Shown one piece after another: positions 36,420 through 48,290 of a stretch of DNA of 64,000 nucleotides. The DNA is taken from NCBI RefSeq assembly GCF_006345805.1, contig NC_043002.1:96410001-96474000 (forward strand), written 5' to 3'. Every line of letters starts with the position of its first letter. The stretch's first letter is position 1. The DNA comes from Octopus sinensis. Its lineage: Eukaryota. A program made the translations under genes and the position numbers. The notes beneath the pieces were generated by a model that saw nothing but the letters and a program-made list of their open reading frames with translations, did no database searches and was not told the DNA's origin.

Positions 36420-36930
36420 CAGAAACAACAAGACGCAGACGTAAAATATATATATACTACTTTATTCTCTTTCTTGGTAACAATAACAATAAGTGGTTAT
36501 CTGATGTCCTTGGTTCGGGGCGCGCAAGGCTGAAAGTTAATCGATTGTAATATTTACAATATTCAGCCGCTAAAACCAGAACGGGTTCAAGATGGCGTCG
36601 AACAGGGAAGTTGAATGTGGTCGGCAACAATTTGGTTAAAGGCATTCGGCCGACTGCTGCTAGAATCAAGTCCTGACGGAGAGAGAATATACGTGACCGT
36701 TGCTTTGATAGCCATGTCTCAAAGTCTCCGCTGACTGCTGCTAGTGGTCAAACGTTCTACGACCCCCTTGCCTCGCTAACTGCTACGTAGGCAATAGGGT
36801 TCTTCTTCCGGTGCTTCACGCATGCGCGAGAGGGCCCTTCCTTTCTGTGCCTTGGTGAAGGCACCAACACTCGCACGCGCGAAATAGAAAATGGACGGTG
36901 CGCGCGTGCGCACCGTTATAGGATCACTAC
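36420..36930. promoter_or_regulatory. CpG-rich promoter-like island with YY1, ETS and NRF1-like motifs
   Basis: Locally high CpG in an AT-rich background. CAAGATGGCG at 36588-36597, CTTCCGG at 36805-36811, ACGCATGCGCG at 36818-36828, GC palindrome at 36895-36916. Confidence 0.55.
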
Positions 36931-37062
36931 AAGTGTGTACTTTAAAAGACATCCATCATTTCGACACACATCTTCACTCACTCACTCTCTCTCTCTTTCT
37001 TTCTTTCTCTCTCTCTCTCTCTCTCTCACCCACCTCCATTTCATATACATGTACATACATTT

Positions 37063-37471
37063 TACCTGGAGATGCTTCAACATTTGTCTCTATTGATACT
37101 ACCATCGGCGAATATGCCATTGTTGACTATCCAGTTGAATTTCTCAACTTTCTACAACCCACAGGACTTCCACCGCATTAGTTTTTATTAAAGAAAGGTG
37201 CACTGAGGAATTTCGACCCACCACGACTATGCAATGGTACTAGATTGACTGTAACTACAGTGACAAGTCATGTCCTACAAGCAACTATTATTGCCGGTTG
37301 TCACCGAGGAGAGATTGCATTCATTCCACGCATGCCCCTTATTCACTCAAATGTGTCATTTCAATTCAAGTGCTTCCAGTTCCCAGTGCAATTATGCTTT
37401 GCTATGACAATCAACAAAGCCCAGGGTCAAACTTTAAAAATTGTGGGTCTCAATTTACAAATATCCTGCTT
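37063..37471 (+). mobile_element. Helitron helicase pseudo-fragment
   Basis: YPVEFLNFLQPTGLPPH*...RLCNGTRL..V..HVLQATIIAGCHRGEIAFIPRMPLI.SNVSFQFK.FQFPVQLCFAMTINKAQGQTL are classic RepHel PIF1 motifs, with a stop and a deletion. Confidence 0.9.
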
Positions 37472-37744
37472 GGATCTTTTCCTTTTGAACGGCACTTTGT
37501 AACATAATTTCTAGGTAACTAAAAAGTTTTAAACTTCGTATACTAGTAGAATGTGTTTATAAAACATCATTTTCTCTTGGCTTTATTGAGAAAATTCTAT
37601 AGGTTGTAAAATATTTCGTCTTTAATTTCGAGCATTTCGGCAATTTTAACCAATCGGTGACCTCCATTTAGGTAAATAACATTCTGTGCATAATGACTAT
37701 GTCCCTCGTTTAAGAAAATTCTGTTCATCTTTTAGAAAAGATCC
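37472..37744. mobile_element. GGATCTTTT-TIR MITE, internally deleted copy 3, inserted into the Helitron remnant
   Basis: gctt|GGATCTTTTCCTTTTGAACGGCAC ... GAAAAGATCC|aaag. The internal sequence matches copies 1 and 2. Confidence 0.75.
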
Positions 37745-38611
37745 AAAGCCAGGCTGAAACAAGCGGGTGAATGACATCGCCCCCTCATAACTGACACTGT
37801 ATATCAAAGTTTTTATTTTGTTCTTAAGAATTGTCTGGGAACATGACAGTTATTGGTAATTATGAACGTATATGCAACACGAAATAACTAAACTGATGTG
37901 AATATTGTTTTATTTTCTTCGCATGTATCCACATGTTCTTAATATTTTATACACGTGGACTCGTATCATTTACTTTGATAAAATTTTACTCGTGCACATC
38001 CGAATCATTTGCTTTGTAAACAAACAGGATAATTGAGTGCATTGCACTAGCACCGTAATTATATTAACATTGGTTCATTATTCTTCTGGCATAGGCCAAT
38101 GCCTATTGCTGTAGATTTCCAGCTCATAGCTTGTACTCGTTTTATCGACCCACCTGTAACTGGCATATTTTGAACTTGATAAACATATATATGTAAACCT
38201 GAAAACATCTCGAGTATGTTATATATTTGTAGGGAACGGACGTGAAACCCAAGGCAATCCCATAAATCGGCCTTACCTAACTTTAATATATACTGTTCTA
38301 TAACTATAAAGGTGAAAGGAAAGAATACGTACACCTGGTGTTTGGGGTTAGGGTTTAGGATTAGGATTTTTGTTACGCTGAAAACAGGTGGTGGGATCTT
38401 TTCTAAAAGATCCATATAGGATCTTTTCTGTTGCATAATTGCAGTGCCTCCATTGACTCTTCTTGTATACTTTGCATTTGCATCATCACAAATTGTAATA
38501 TCCTGCATTAAAATTGATTTACTCTTTATTTGGTTTTGTTTCTCTTTTTGTTTACATTGTGTGCATGCCTTGTTATGGTTTATGTTAGGGTTAGAGCTAT
38601 GGTCTATATAT

Positions 38612-38823
38612 AGCTCTCCCTATATATATTATATAATGCGTGTGTCTGTCCCCACACCTCCGCTTGACATTCGGTGTCGGTTTGATTACGTCCACGTAAC
38701 CTAGTGGTTCAGAAATACGATGGTCTAGAATTGGCATCAGATAGCATACTAAATTGTAAATGGCCACGTTTACTGTATGCTAAACTGGCACTAGAGATTT
38801 AATGAAACAGTTTACCTATCAGA
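38612..38823. repeat. Inverted repeat, left arm (partner at 42174-42389)
   Basis: About 212 bp and nearly an exact reverse complement of 42174-42389, with only a handful of substitutions. Confidence 0.95.
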
Positions 38824-39123
38824 GCAATGTGAAACAAAAAATACATAAATGAATTACTGCTCCAACGATGTAATTTTAGTATGTGTGTATGTATGTATGT
38901 GTGTGTATGTATGGATCAAAACAGTTTGATTCAAATTCTGTGGTACTTATATATTCATACATACATATACATGTAGATGTATATAACATATATATATATT
39001 GTATGTAAACATCTTTTATATATATATAATGTATGCATCTATAATACACACACATTATAAATATATACACATATATGCATATGCATTAGAATATGTGTGT
39101 ATAGGTGTGTGTATGTATATATA

Positions 39124-39176
<53 letters not shown>

Positions 39177-40162
39177 TATGTTTGTATACATGCGTGTGTG
39201 TGTGTGTGTGTGTGTAAAAATAAATATATGCATATATCAATATGTGTTTGTGTGTATGTGTAAATAGGTAAGTAAGACTCTCTCTTTACTCTTTTACTCT
39301 TTTACTTGTTTCAGTCATTTGACTGCGGCCATGCTGGAGCACCGCCTTTTAGTTGAGCAACTTGACTCTGGGACTTATTCTTTTTGTAAGCCCAGTACTT
39401 ATTCTATCGGTCTCTTTTTGCTGAACCTCTAAGTGACGGGGACGTAAACACACCAGCATCGGTTGTCAAGCAATGCTAGGGGAACAAACACAGACACACA
39501 AACACATATATATATATATATATATATACGACAGGCTTCTTTCAGTTTCCGTCTACCAAATCCACTCACAAGGCATTGGTCGGCCCGGGGCTATAGCAGA
39601 AGACACTTGCCCAAGATGCCACGCAGTGGGACTGAACCTGGAACCATGTGGTTGGTTAGCAAGCTACTTACCACACAGACATTTGTGCTGAGTTCTTAAA
39701 ACAGATATGATAGAAGTGAAAGTTTCTCTCTCCAGCCCTGACCATGTGGAGAATGCTCTACAATCATGAAACTTAGAGTCAAGTAAAAGTAGTGTTATGA
39801 TGTATCTACTACATTATAAATAAATTAGAATTATTGAGAAGTGTTTGAATTTGGGTTTTCTCTTGCAAAAGATGAATGGTGCTGCTGCTGCTGTTGTGGT
39901 TGCTGCTGGTGGTGGTGGTGGTGTTGGTTGTGGTGATGAGCAAGATTATGGTGATGATGATGATGAGATTGTTGCCATGACAATGATAATACACAATGTA
40001 TTGAGTGCTCATATTCATTTTTTTTGTTGTTGTAGAAACATTTACACTATCATCATTTTATATATGCTTTCCAGACTGGTTTGGGCCAAATAGGTTGTTG
40101 CTGCTTTCGTAGATGAGTCGAGAGATTACATCTCACTCCCAAGTGACATATTTTAATATATA

Positions 40163-40550
40163 CTAGCAGTATCGCCCAGCGTTGCTCGGGTTTGTAAGGG
40201 AAATAACTATATAAGCATTTTTAGAGAGTTATAGCCAAAAAATAGTTTTAAAAATGCATTAGAAATGGGAAAAAAATGATGGTAAATTTTTTAAAAAATC
40301 GTTGACTCATCGTAGACATTTTTAGAGAGTCACTTCCCTTATGTAATAGCGAAAAAAATGCATTAACATGGAAAAAAATGATGGTAATTTTTTTTTTAAT
40401 CGTAGACGCGCGCTAATACCCAGAAGGGCTCAATATGAATCACGACTATAAGATACCCGCTTTTGGTTACACTGCACCGCAAAATGTGGGAGTAGTTAGG
40501 AATCTAAATCGTAGGAGACAGACACACAACCTTACTTTTATATATAAAGA
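40163..40550 (-). mobile_element. Non-autonomous Helitron
   Basis: On the minus strand a|TC...CTAG|t (AT target, no TSD), with a 3' subterminal hairpin cccgagc-aac-gctggg. Confidence 0.85.
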
Positions 40551-41032
40551 TATAGTCAAATTTTTGCACAGGTTGTAGATGGTTGAGAGTCCCTCTTGTT
40601 GTTAAAGTCAAAATGACCCGATTTGATCATCTATTATTTTTTTTTAAATGAACATTTTAAATAGCGTCACCCTGTGTAATTAATCATTTCAAACTCACCA
40701 TTAAATTCCTGAATTAATTTAGATGACACCAGCCTGCTGGCTGTTTTGTGACCGATTGTTTTGCTGTTTGCTCTGCCTCACCCCGCATGACAGATTCGAT
40801 GAGGAGTTTGCCCAGCTCGAGCTCCACCTTGGCGGGACTCGGAAGCCGCGAGACCAACCATAATTGGATTCCCACGATTCCCAGGTCAAAGACATCCAGG
40901 ACGAAGACAATGCAAGGGGCTGCAAACGAAGTGCAGCTGAACGGGAGTGAGCATGAGATGATGGGCTTGGTGGTGTTGGTGGCGGTGTGGCTGGAACGGA
41001 TGACATAGAGTTGTGTGAAGTTAATGATACAT

Positions 41033-41461
41033 TCATAGTTGGGTGGAGGAGATGCTTGATGAGTAAACTGGTACAATTACTGTAGCAGCTCCAGAAGCAG
41101 TAGCAACAGAAGTAGAACTAGACACTACATTAGCTGCAGTTGACAATGTTGTACTTACACTTGTTGACGAATTAGAATTATGAGAGGTGTTTGAATTCGG
41201 GTTTTCCCTAGCAGAAGATGAATGGTGCTGCTGCTGTTGCTGCTGCTGCTGGTGATGTTGCTGCTGCTGTTGTTGATGCTGTTGGTGATGGTGGTGGTGT
41301 TGGTTGTGGTGATGACCATGATTACGGTGATGGTGGTGGTGGTGGTGATGATGGTGATGCGACTGTTGCCGTGACGATGACATGCTTGTTGTAGATGTGT
41401 CCTTTGACAGCTGCTCAGGTGACATCGCTCGACTGACTTCTTCACGAGTGTGAGAGCGCAT
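41033..41461 (-). other. Orphan His/Gln/Ser-rich ORF (142 aa from ATG) in an exon-like block; gene or pseudogene status unresolved
   Basis: MRSHTREEVSRAMSPEQLSKD...H11...Q-rich...SSSARENPNSNTS...TQL*. The block is bounded by tttgcag| (41510) and ATG|GTGAGT (40699). There is a synonymous bias versus the paralog at ~39.85 kb. No family was recognised. Confidence 0.4.
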
Positions 41462-42173
41462 GTGCAATGATACATATTATGTATGTATGTATGTATGTAT
41501 GTAATTCACCTGCAAACTAAGCATTAAATTCTTTCTTACCAGATTGTCAGCCTTCTGAAATTCCCTTGTTCATGTTATTTCCTCTGCAGCCATCCACACA
41601 TTTTATTCAAGATCAACTACGTCAATCTTACCAGTTTTGAAGGCACAGCTATTGCCTTTTGTCTCAGAAGGAATGCAAAAGGCAAGGATACAGCCCCCTT
41701 TATCCAGCCAAATTGTTCAAATAAAACATGGGAAAAAAACCCCTAACACTCACTACTATTCCTGTGAATTAGTAAGCTGTAAACTATATCAAACTGAGCC
41801 CACATCATCATCTTTAACATGTCTCACAGCTAGAACCTTTTACTAAATATTTTATCCAATCATTTATCTCCAGAATGGCAGCTTCTACATGGAATCACAT
41901 TCTCATCAGACATTAATTTACACAAGTTGAAAAAAGACATCATCTACATTCACATTAACAGTTTAGGAAAGCCTGCAGATGTTCTCTTGCTCGCACTTTA
42001 TATTAGTACAAATAAGAATTTCTAACAAAGGTACATAGCCAAAAATTTTATAGGAAGAAATAATGTCAACTATATTGACCCACTCCTTATCTAGTGTTTT
42101 ATTTCATTGCCCACAGAAACAGAGAAATGTGAAGTGTGTTGACAATGCTAACTAACCCTTTCATGACTTAAAT

Positions 42174-42389
42174 TCTGATAGGTAAACTGTTTCATTAAAT
42201 CTCTAGTGCCAGTTTAGCATACAGTAAACGTGGCCATTTACAATTTAGTATGCTATCTGATGCCAATTCTAGACCATCTTATTTCTGAACCACTAGGTTA
42301 CGTGGACGTAATCAAACCGACACCGAATGTCAAGCGGAGGTGCGGGGACAGACACGCGCATTATATAATATATATATATAGGGAGAGCT
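42174..42389. repeat. Inverted repeat, right arm (partner at 38612-38823)
   Basis: tctgataggtaaactgtttcattaaatctctagtgcc...tatagggagagct. Confidence 0.95.
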
Positions 42390-45300
42390 GGAGGACAGAA
42401 ACGGGCTTCTTTCAGTTTCTGTCAACCAAATCCACTCACAAGACAGACGAATCACCGATGTGCATTTAGCCCAGCGTGCTAACGATTCCGGGACTTGTAG
42501 AAATAAAGCTTTTGCAAATATTATTTCTATTTTGATGCATAAATTTACAGTTTTTCATAATATTGTTTCACTATTTTAAAGATATCGAGTGTTTGCGTTT
42601 CCGTTCGCCAGTTAACAGAATACATGACAAGCAGAATAATATAAATATGCTAATTTTAAAACAGGCACAAGACAAGATAGGAGTAAAGGGAGATAACTAT
42701 GTACCGTAAGTTATTTTGCATAGTTACTACAAGGCAGGAATTTTAAGGGAAGTAATGCAGTCGACCCATCGATCAATATTAATCACAGCGGAAGAACCCA
42801 CCAATGACGAAGTCTCTACGTGGTCATCCGGTCTGCTGGAAATAGCAATAGATTCGCCAACTAATCACATCACACCGTCTGAGAAAAAAACAACAAAAAA
42901 AAAAAAACAGACTGGATGATGTTGGTTTTGCGTTATTACTCTCTCTCTCTCTTCTACTCGTTTCAGTCATTTGACTGCAGCCATGCTGGAGCACCACCTT
43001 TTAGTCGAGCAAATCAACCCCAGGACTTATTCTTTGGAAGCCTAGTACTTATTCTACCGGTCTCTTTTGCCGAACCGCTAAGTTACGGGGACGTAAACAC
43101 ACCACCGTCGGTTGTCAAACGATGTCGGAGGGGGGGGGGGGCAAACACAGACACACAAACATGTATGTATATATATATTATATATATATATACATACACA
43201 TATATACAACAGACTTCTTTCAGTTTCCATCTACCAAATCCACTCACAAGGCTTTGGTAGGCCCGAGGCTATAGTAGAAAACACTTGCCCAAGGTGTCAC
43301 ACAGTGGGACTGAGCCTGGAACCATGTGGTTGGTAAGCAAGCTACTTACCACACAGCCACTCCTGTGCCTCATTTGTTAAACCAAAAGAGGCTCTCAAAA
43401 TTTCTTAGAATGCCTCCCACAAATTGCTGCATATCTTTGAGGGTATATGGTTCATATTCAAGTAGGTATCAATGCTGGAACAATTTCTTCCAGAACTATA
43501 TATGCCTCAGCTGTCAGTCATGTTCTATTTAAGTTGTTGTTTCGGCCATAAGGTTAGCTCTCATTCACCAGGCCTGTAAGCAAGTATTCCAGTTGTGACC
43601 ATCCCTTTTTTTTATGTATGTGTAAATAACCAAAAAAAATACAAAAAAACAAAAGCTACTCTCGCATAATGTACGTGACAGAGACAAGTTTATGAAATAA
43701 TTAAGTTGTACAATTTTGAACATTTACAAGAATTCCATCGATTCGTTTTTCACAGTAAAGTTTTACTACCTAGGAAGGTATTAAACAAAAAAATATTTTA
43801 CTTGGAATATATGCTGAACTTTTTGAAGGAAATCCAAGAGTGACTAATGTAACATCACACAAAATAACGTTTTTTTTGTATCTGGAAAAATTAACTGCTA
43901 ATTCCTATGAATTCCTTGAGAGCAGCATATAAATGCCTAATAGTATTTATTTATGCTGACTGAAATTTTAAAAAAACAAAAACATTAATGAAGGTCTCAA
44001 TTCTTGGTTTGACGTGCGTGTCAAAAATGGATGTGACATTTCTAAGGCAAATATTTTCTGTATGAAACAAGAAAGAAAAAACAGAGCTTTAAATTTTGGA
44101 ATGGGAGTTAGTTGATTACACTGACTCAGTACTTGGACTGGTGATTTATTTTATCAACTCCCAAAGGATGAAAGACGAAAATAACCTTAGAATGTAAAGA
44201 GTCAGAAGAAAACTGCAAGGCATTTTGTTTGAGACTAAGGATTCTGCCAATTCACTCCCTTAACTATAATAATTGTCCGTAATTTAGGCACAAAACCAGT
44301 AATTTTAAGGGGATGGGATTAGTCGATTCCATTGACCTTAGTACTTAACTAGTATTTTATTTGACTGACCCCAAAAGGACGATAGGCAAAGTTGATCAAA
44401 TTGGCAGGAGTTTAACTTGGATCATAAAAATTAATCTACATGGCCTTTTCCAACACTTTAACAATAATTCTTTTTAATTGTCGCACAAAGCTAACAATTT
44501 TGAGGGGAGAGGGGTTTGTTGATTTCATTGACCTCAGTGCTCAACTAATACTTATTTCATTGACCTCGAAAAGATGAAAGGTAAAGTCGTTGGTGACATT
44601 TGAGCTCAAAATGTAAAAGCACTGCTAGAAATGCTAAGCATTTTGTTCAGCGTGCTAATGATTCTGCCAGCTCACTGCTTTACTACTAATGATAAAAAAA
44701 AATTACCAGACACACTAAAGAGATGAGTTTTTAACAGTATAGTAAAGGTCCCCACAATTGTACACAACATATAATTCAGTAAACTCAACTCAATATATAT
44801 TGCCAATGTCAGAAGCTTATACTAAATTTATTAAAGGCAACTTTACAACTTCCTTTTATTCAACATTAACAATTTATGGATGAACATCACCAAATCTCTG
44901 TTACATCAAAAACTCGGGATTAAAATGTTTTTATTTTATAGTGGAAACCAACCAACTCCATCAGATTTTGAGTGTAGCAGCTAGTCAAGTTTTAAAGAGT
45001 GACAAGCGAGTGGTTGAACACACAATGGCACATGCCCTATTTCTGTCTATTATGGCAAAGCTACTTCACTTTCAAAATTGGCCCAGTTCGCTTAGATGTT
45101 ATCAGTGTTGAGTCAGAAATCTTGTAAGGAGTTGGTAAAAAGTGAGAAGAATGCACTGCAATGTACCTATCTCCCTCTGAAGCACTGCACAAGAATGAAA
45201 CCTTAATGGACTTCTCAAATGACTCAAAGGGTCGTGGTACTTTAAGACTTACATCAGACTACACACACCATTAATGCAAGGATGCTTAGGGTCTTTTTTA

Positions 45301-45931
45301 GTGCACTTTTATATCTTTGTACCACATAAAATATAGTGGATCTCTGTCACTCAACGATCAGTAGCCAGTTCTTTGATCAACCGAATTAGATGCTATTGAA
45401 TTAATGTGCAAGTGGTTGAGCATTGAAAAGACATGTGAACCCTTAATGTGATTCTCAGGTAGAATCAGTTTGACACAGTGTGACAAAGCAGTACCTTTTG
45501 AACTACAAGTACAATCCGTTCAATGTGCTTCTATACAGTTTCTGTCTATCCAATTTTGCTCAGAAGATATGAATGGACTTAAGGCCATAAAAAATTACAT
45601 TTGCCCAACATGTTACACAGGGTGATTGAACCTAAGACCTCATGGTTGTAAGGTGAACTTCTTAATCATTAAGCCATACTGTGCCTACACATTATATACG
45701 TATGCTCTTCCTTTCTCAATGAGGGAAGAGCATCATTCATCACCCTATATATTTTTTCAGGTTCTCTCAGACTGGTTAGAAGTTATCCTTAAACTGAAGA
45801 CCTTGTCCGAATACTTCCAACAGAGTGAACTTCACATAAGGAACCCAAGGATCAAGGTTAAATGATGGTGTTAATCCAAGCCACAGATTACATCTACCAC
45901 ATACATTTATATATATATCCTTAAGTTGTAA

Positions 45932-46210
45932 TCTTTATATATAAAAGTGAAGTTGTGTGAGTGTCTGTCTCCTATGATTTAGATTCCTTACTCCCACATT
46001 TTGTGGTGCAGTTTAACCAAAAGCGGGTATCTTATAGTCGTGATTCATATCAAGCCCTTCTAGATATTAGCGCGTGTCTACGATGAGTCTACGATTTAAA
46101 AAAAAATATACCATCATTTTTAATGCATTTTTTGCTATTATATAAGGGAAGTAACTCTCTAAAAATGCTTATATAGTTATTTCCCTTACAAACCCGAGCG
46201 ATACTGCTAG
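45932..46210 (+). mobile_element. Non-autonomous Helitron of the same family
   Basis: a|TCTTTATATATAAAA...CTGCTAG|t. Homologous to 40163-40550, with internal deletions including part of the hairpin. Confidence 0.85.
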
Positions 46211-48143
46211 TACAAAATAAAGCTATTTTGATATAGTAGCTTTACTATCAGAGATTTGGGGGGCAACATTGAACATTTATACAAAACGTAGTACATTATA
46301 CAGTAAGGTAAATTTACATAACTGATCAAATTAAAAAACTAAAAGAAAAAATGCCATGCTTTCAATACAAATATTACATGTTGGTTTACTTTACACAAGG
46401 AAAAACCTTGAAGTCATCATCATTGTTTTTATGCCAGGCTTTCCATGTTGGCAAAGATTGGAGGTTTTAAGCTGATGAACTGACGAAGAAAAATAATTTA
46501 ATAAATAAATAAAACCAACAGTATTTTATAAAATTATTTCATCTGAAGATATATAGTTGTATGTTGCCTTTTGTTTTTTTCATTATAGATACCATTTTGG
46601 TAGCTGGGATGTAGTCAAGAATATTACTGGTACTTATTTAACTGGATGTTGAAACAAACTTTCATGGAATGTTCAAAAACCAAATGCTGTAAGGCAATTT
46701 AGTCTAGTGTGCTATCATCATTTCAGCTATCTCACATGTCCCTGATGTCACTGTAATATTTCAGCTATCATTCAAACTCCACAATTAAATTGAAAAAACA
46801 GCAAAAACTATGGAAGTCACATACATGATATTATACAAAAAATATAATCTCAAAGCTTTTTTTTCTTTCTAATTTATTTGTTTCCCGTTTACCCAACTCC
46901 TCAAGTTTATATTCCAATATTTAGCTACATGTCACTTCAAAAAAAAAAAAAAACTAAAAAAACTAAAGTTTTTAAATAATAAAAGGTAAACCCATATTGA
47001 AAAATGGGGTGGGTGTAGTGGAAAGAAACTTTTGATTTGTTATTAAATGACCAATCAATTACACAAAGTAGTTAACTAAAATACCAAGAAATAGCTTTCT
47101 AGAGATAAAGGGATCTATCTAATCTGTCTATCAAGAATTTAAGTTTCAGTTTGTAAATTTGTCTTTTAGTGCAATCATTCAATAATTAATTTATATATAT
47201 AATATATATATATATATATAAATCAAAGTATACAGTATTATAGATCCATTTAAGCTGATCTTACCTACCAGTTTCACACTGGCTATTAGATAACTGGATA
47301 TTAGCAGATATTAGATAACAGAGTGGTTAGCTAGCACCACATGCGCGTCAGAGATGACGGGTGCAGAAAAATATGGCAATTTAGCTATCACATACGCGTG
47401 TGCGTTATATGATACCCAAGTTCTTTTATATAAGCAATATCAATTGCTTCTCATTTGTAAGTATACTCTGAAGTAAAAAATAATACAAGAATCACAGACA
47501 GCGACTGAACAGAGCCATGCATACCTGCACACCTGGGTAGCTGGTATAGCATGTAAATCTCATCATCTGACATTTTGAACACCTTGCCATTCTCACAAAA
47601 TGAAATACATATATATATATATACACGTATTTACCTGTCATTCACCAATGGGCAATGTCATCATTAAACTCATACACAATTTTGTATATATACACTCACA
47701 CATGCAGGGTTAGGTAAATTATTTGCAATGTTTAAAAACACAGCAAAATATCTCATCTTAATAAATATGAAAAAAAAAAAAAAATATATATATACAAAAT
47801 AACATTTTTGTGGTCACTTTTGCTTTCAAAGTATTGTTCAGAAATGCGTACCCTCACACACAGATCTACACATATTTGTGTGAGAACAGGCATTTTATAT
47901 ATTACATGCTATTAAAAACAGTTAAAGGGGAAATGCTTTCCCTTCAATGAAATATAAACATGAAGTTGGCAAAAATTATATTTTGCTTCCAAGAAATGTA
48001 TAAAGGAGAGGAAAACAGATCTTGAATGTTGGCATAAAATCCTTTACATACAAACAACTATATATCTAATATATTATATAGACACACTGTTATGTTATGG
48101 AACACCTGGAAATCTTCCATATTATAGCAACATTTTCAGGATA

Positions 48144-48145
<2 letters not shown>

Positions 48146-48182
<37 letters not shown>

Positions 48183-48247
48183 TGAGTGAGTGAGTGAGTG
48201 AGTGAGTGAGTGAGTGAGTGAGTGAGTGAGTGAGTGAGTGAGTGAGT

Positions 48248-48287
<40 letters not shown>
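48146..48287. repeat. Compound (GT)n-(GAGT)n-(GA)n microsatellite
   Basis: Directly visible. Confidence 0.95.

Positions 48288-48290
<3 letters not shown>

Noticed and set aside
36592-36639. ATG within CAAGATGGCG as the start of a plus-strand gene (MASNREVECGRQQFG*)
   Set aside because: It stops after 15 codons, has no strong donor, and no downstream plus-strand exons were found. Kept only as a YY1 motif.
38059-38508. 149-aa minus-strand ORF as a partner exon for the His/Gln block
   Set aside because: The acceptor is A-rich and weak, the ORF crosses a MITE remnant, and no similarity was recognised.
41440-41509. LHMRSHT read as the end of a C2H2 finger spliced from an upstream exon
   Set aside because: An in-frame TAA lies just upstream, there are no Cys ligands in frame, and all three frames from the 41510 acceptor hit stops.
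47330-47560. C/D-box snoRNA on the minus strand (ATGATGA ... CTGA)
   Set aside because: The boxes are ~215 nt apart, there is no convincing terminal stem, and no rRNA guide was recognised.
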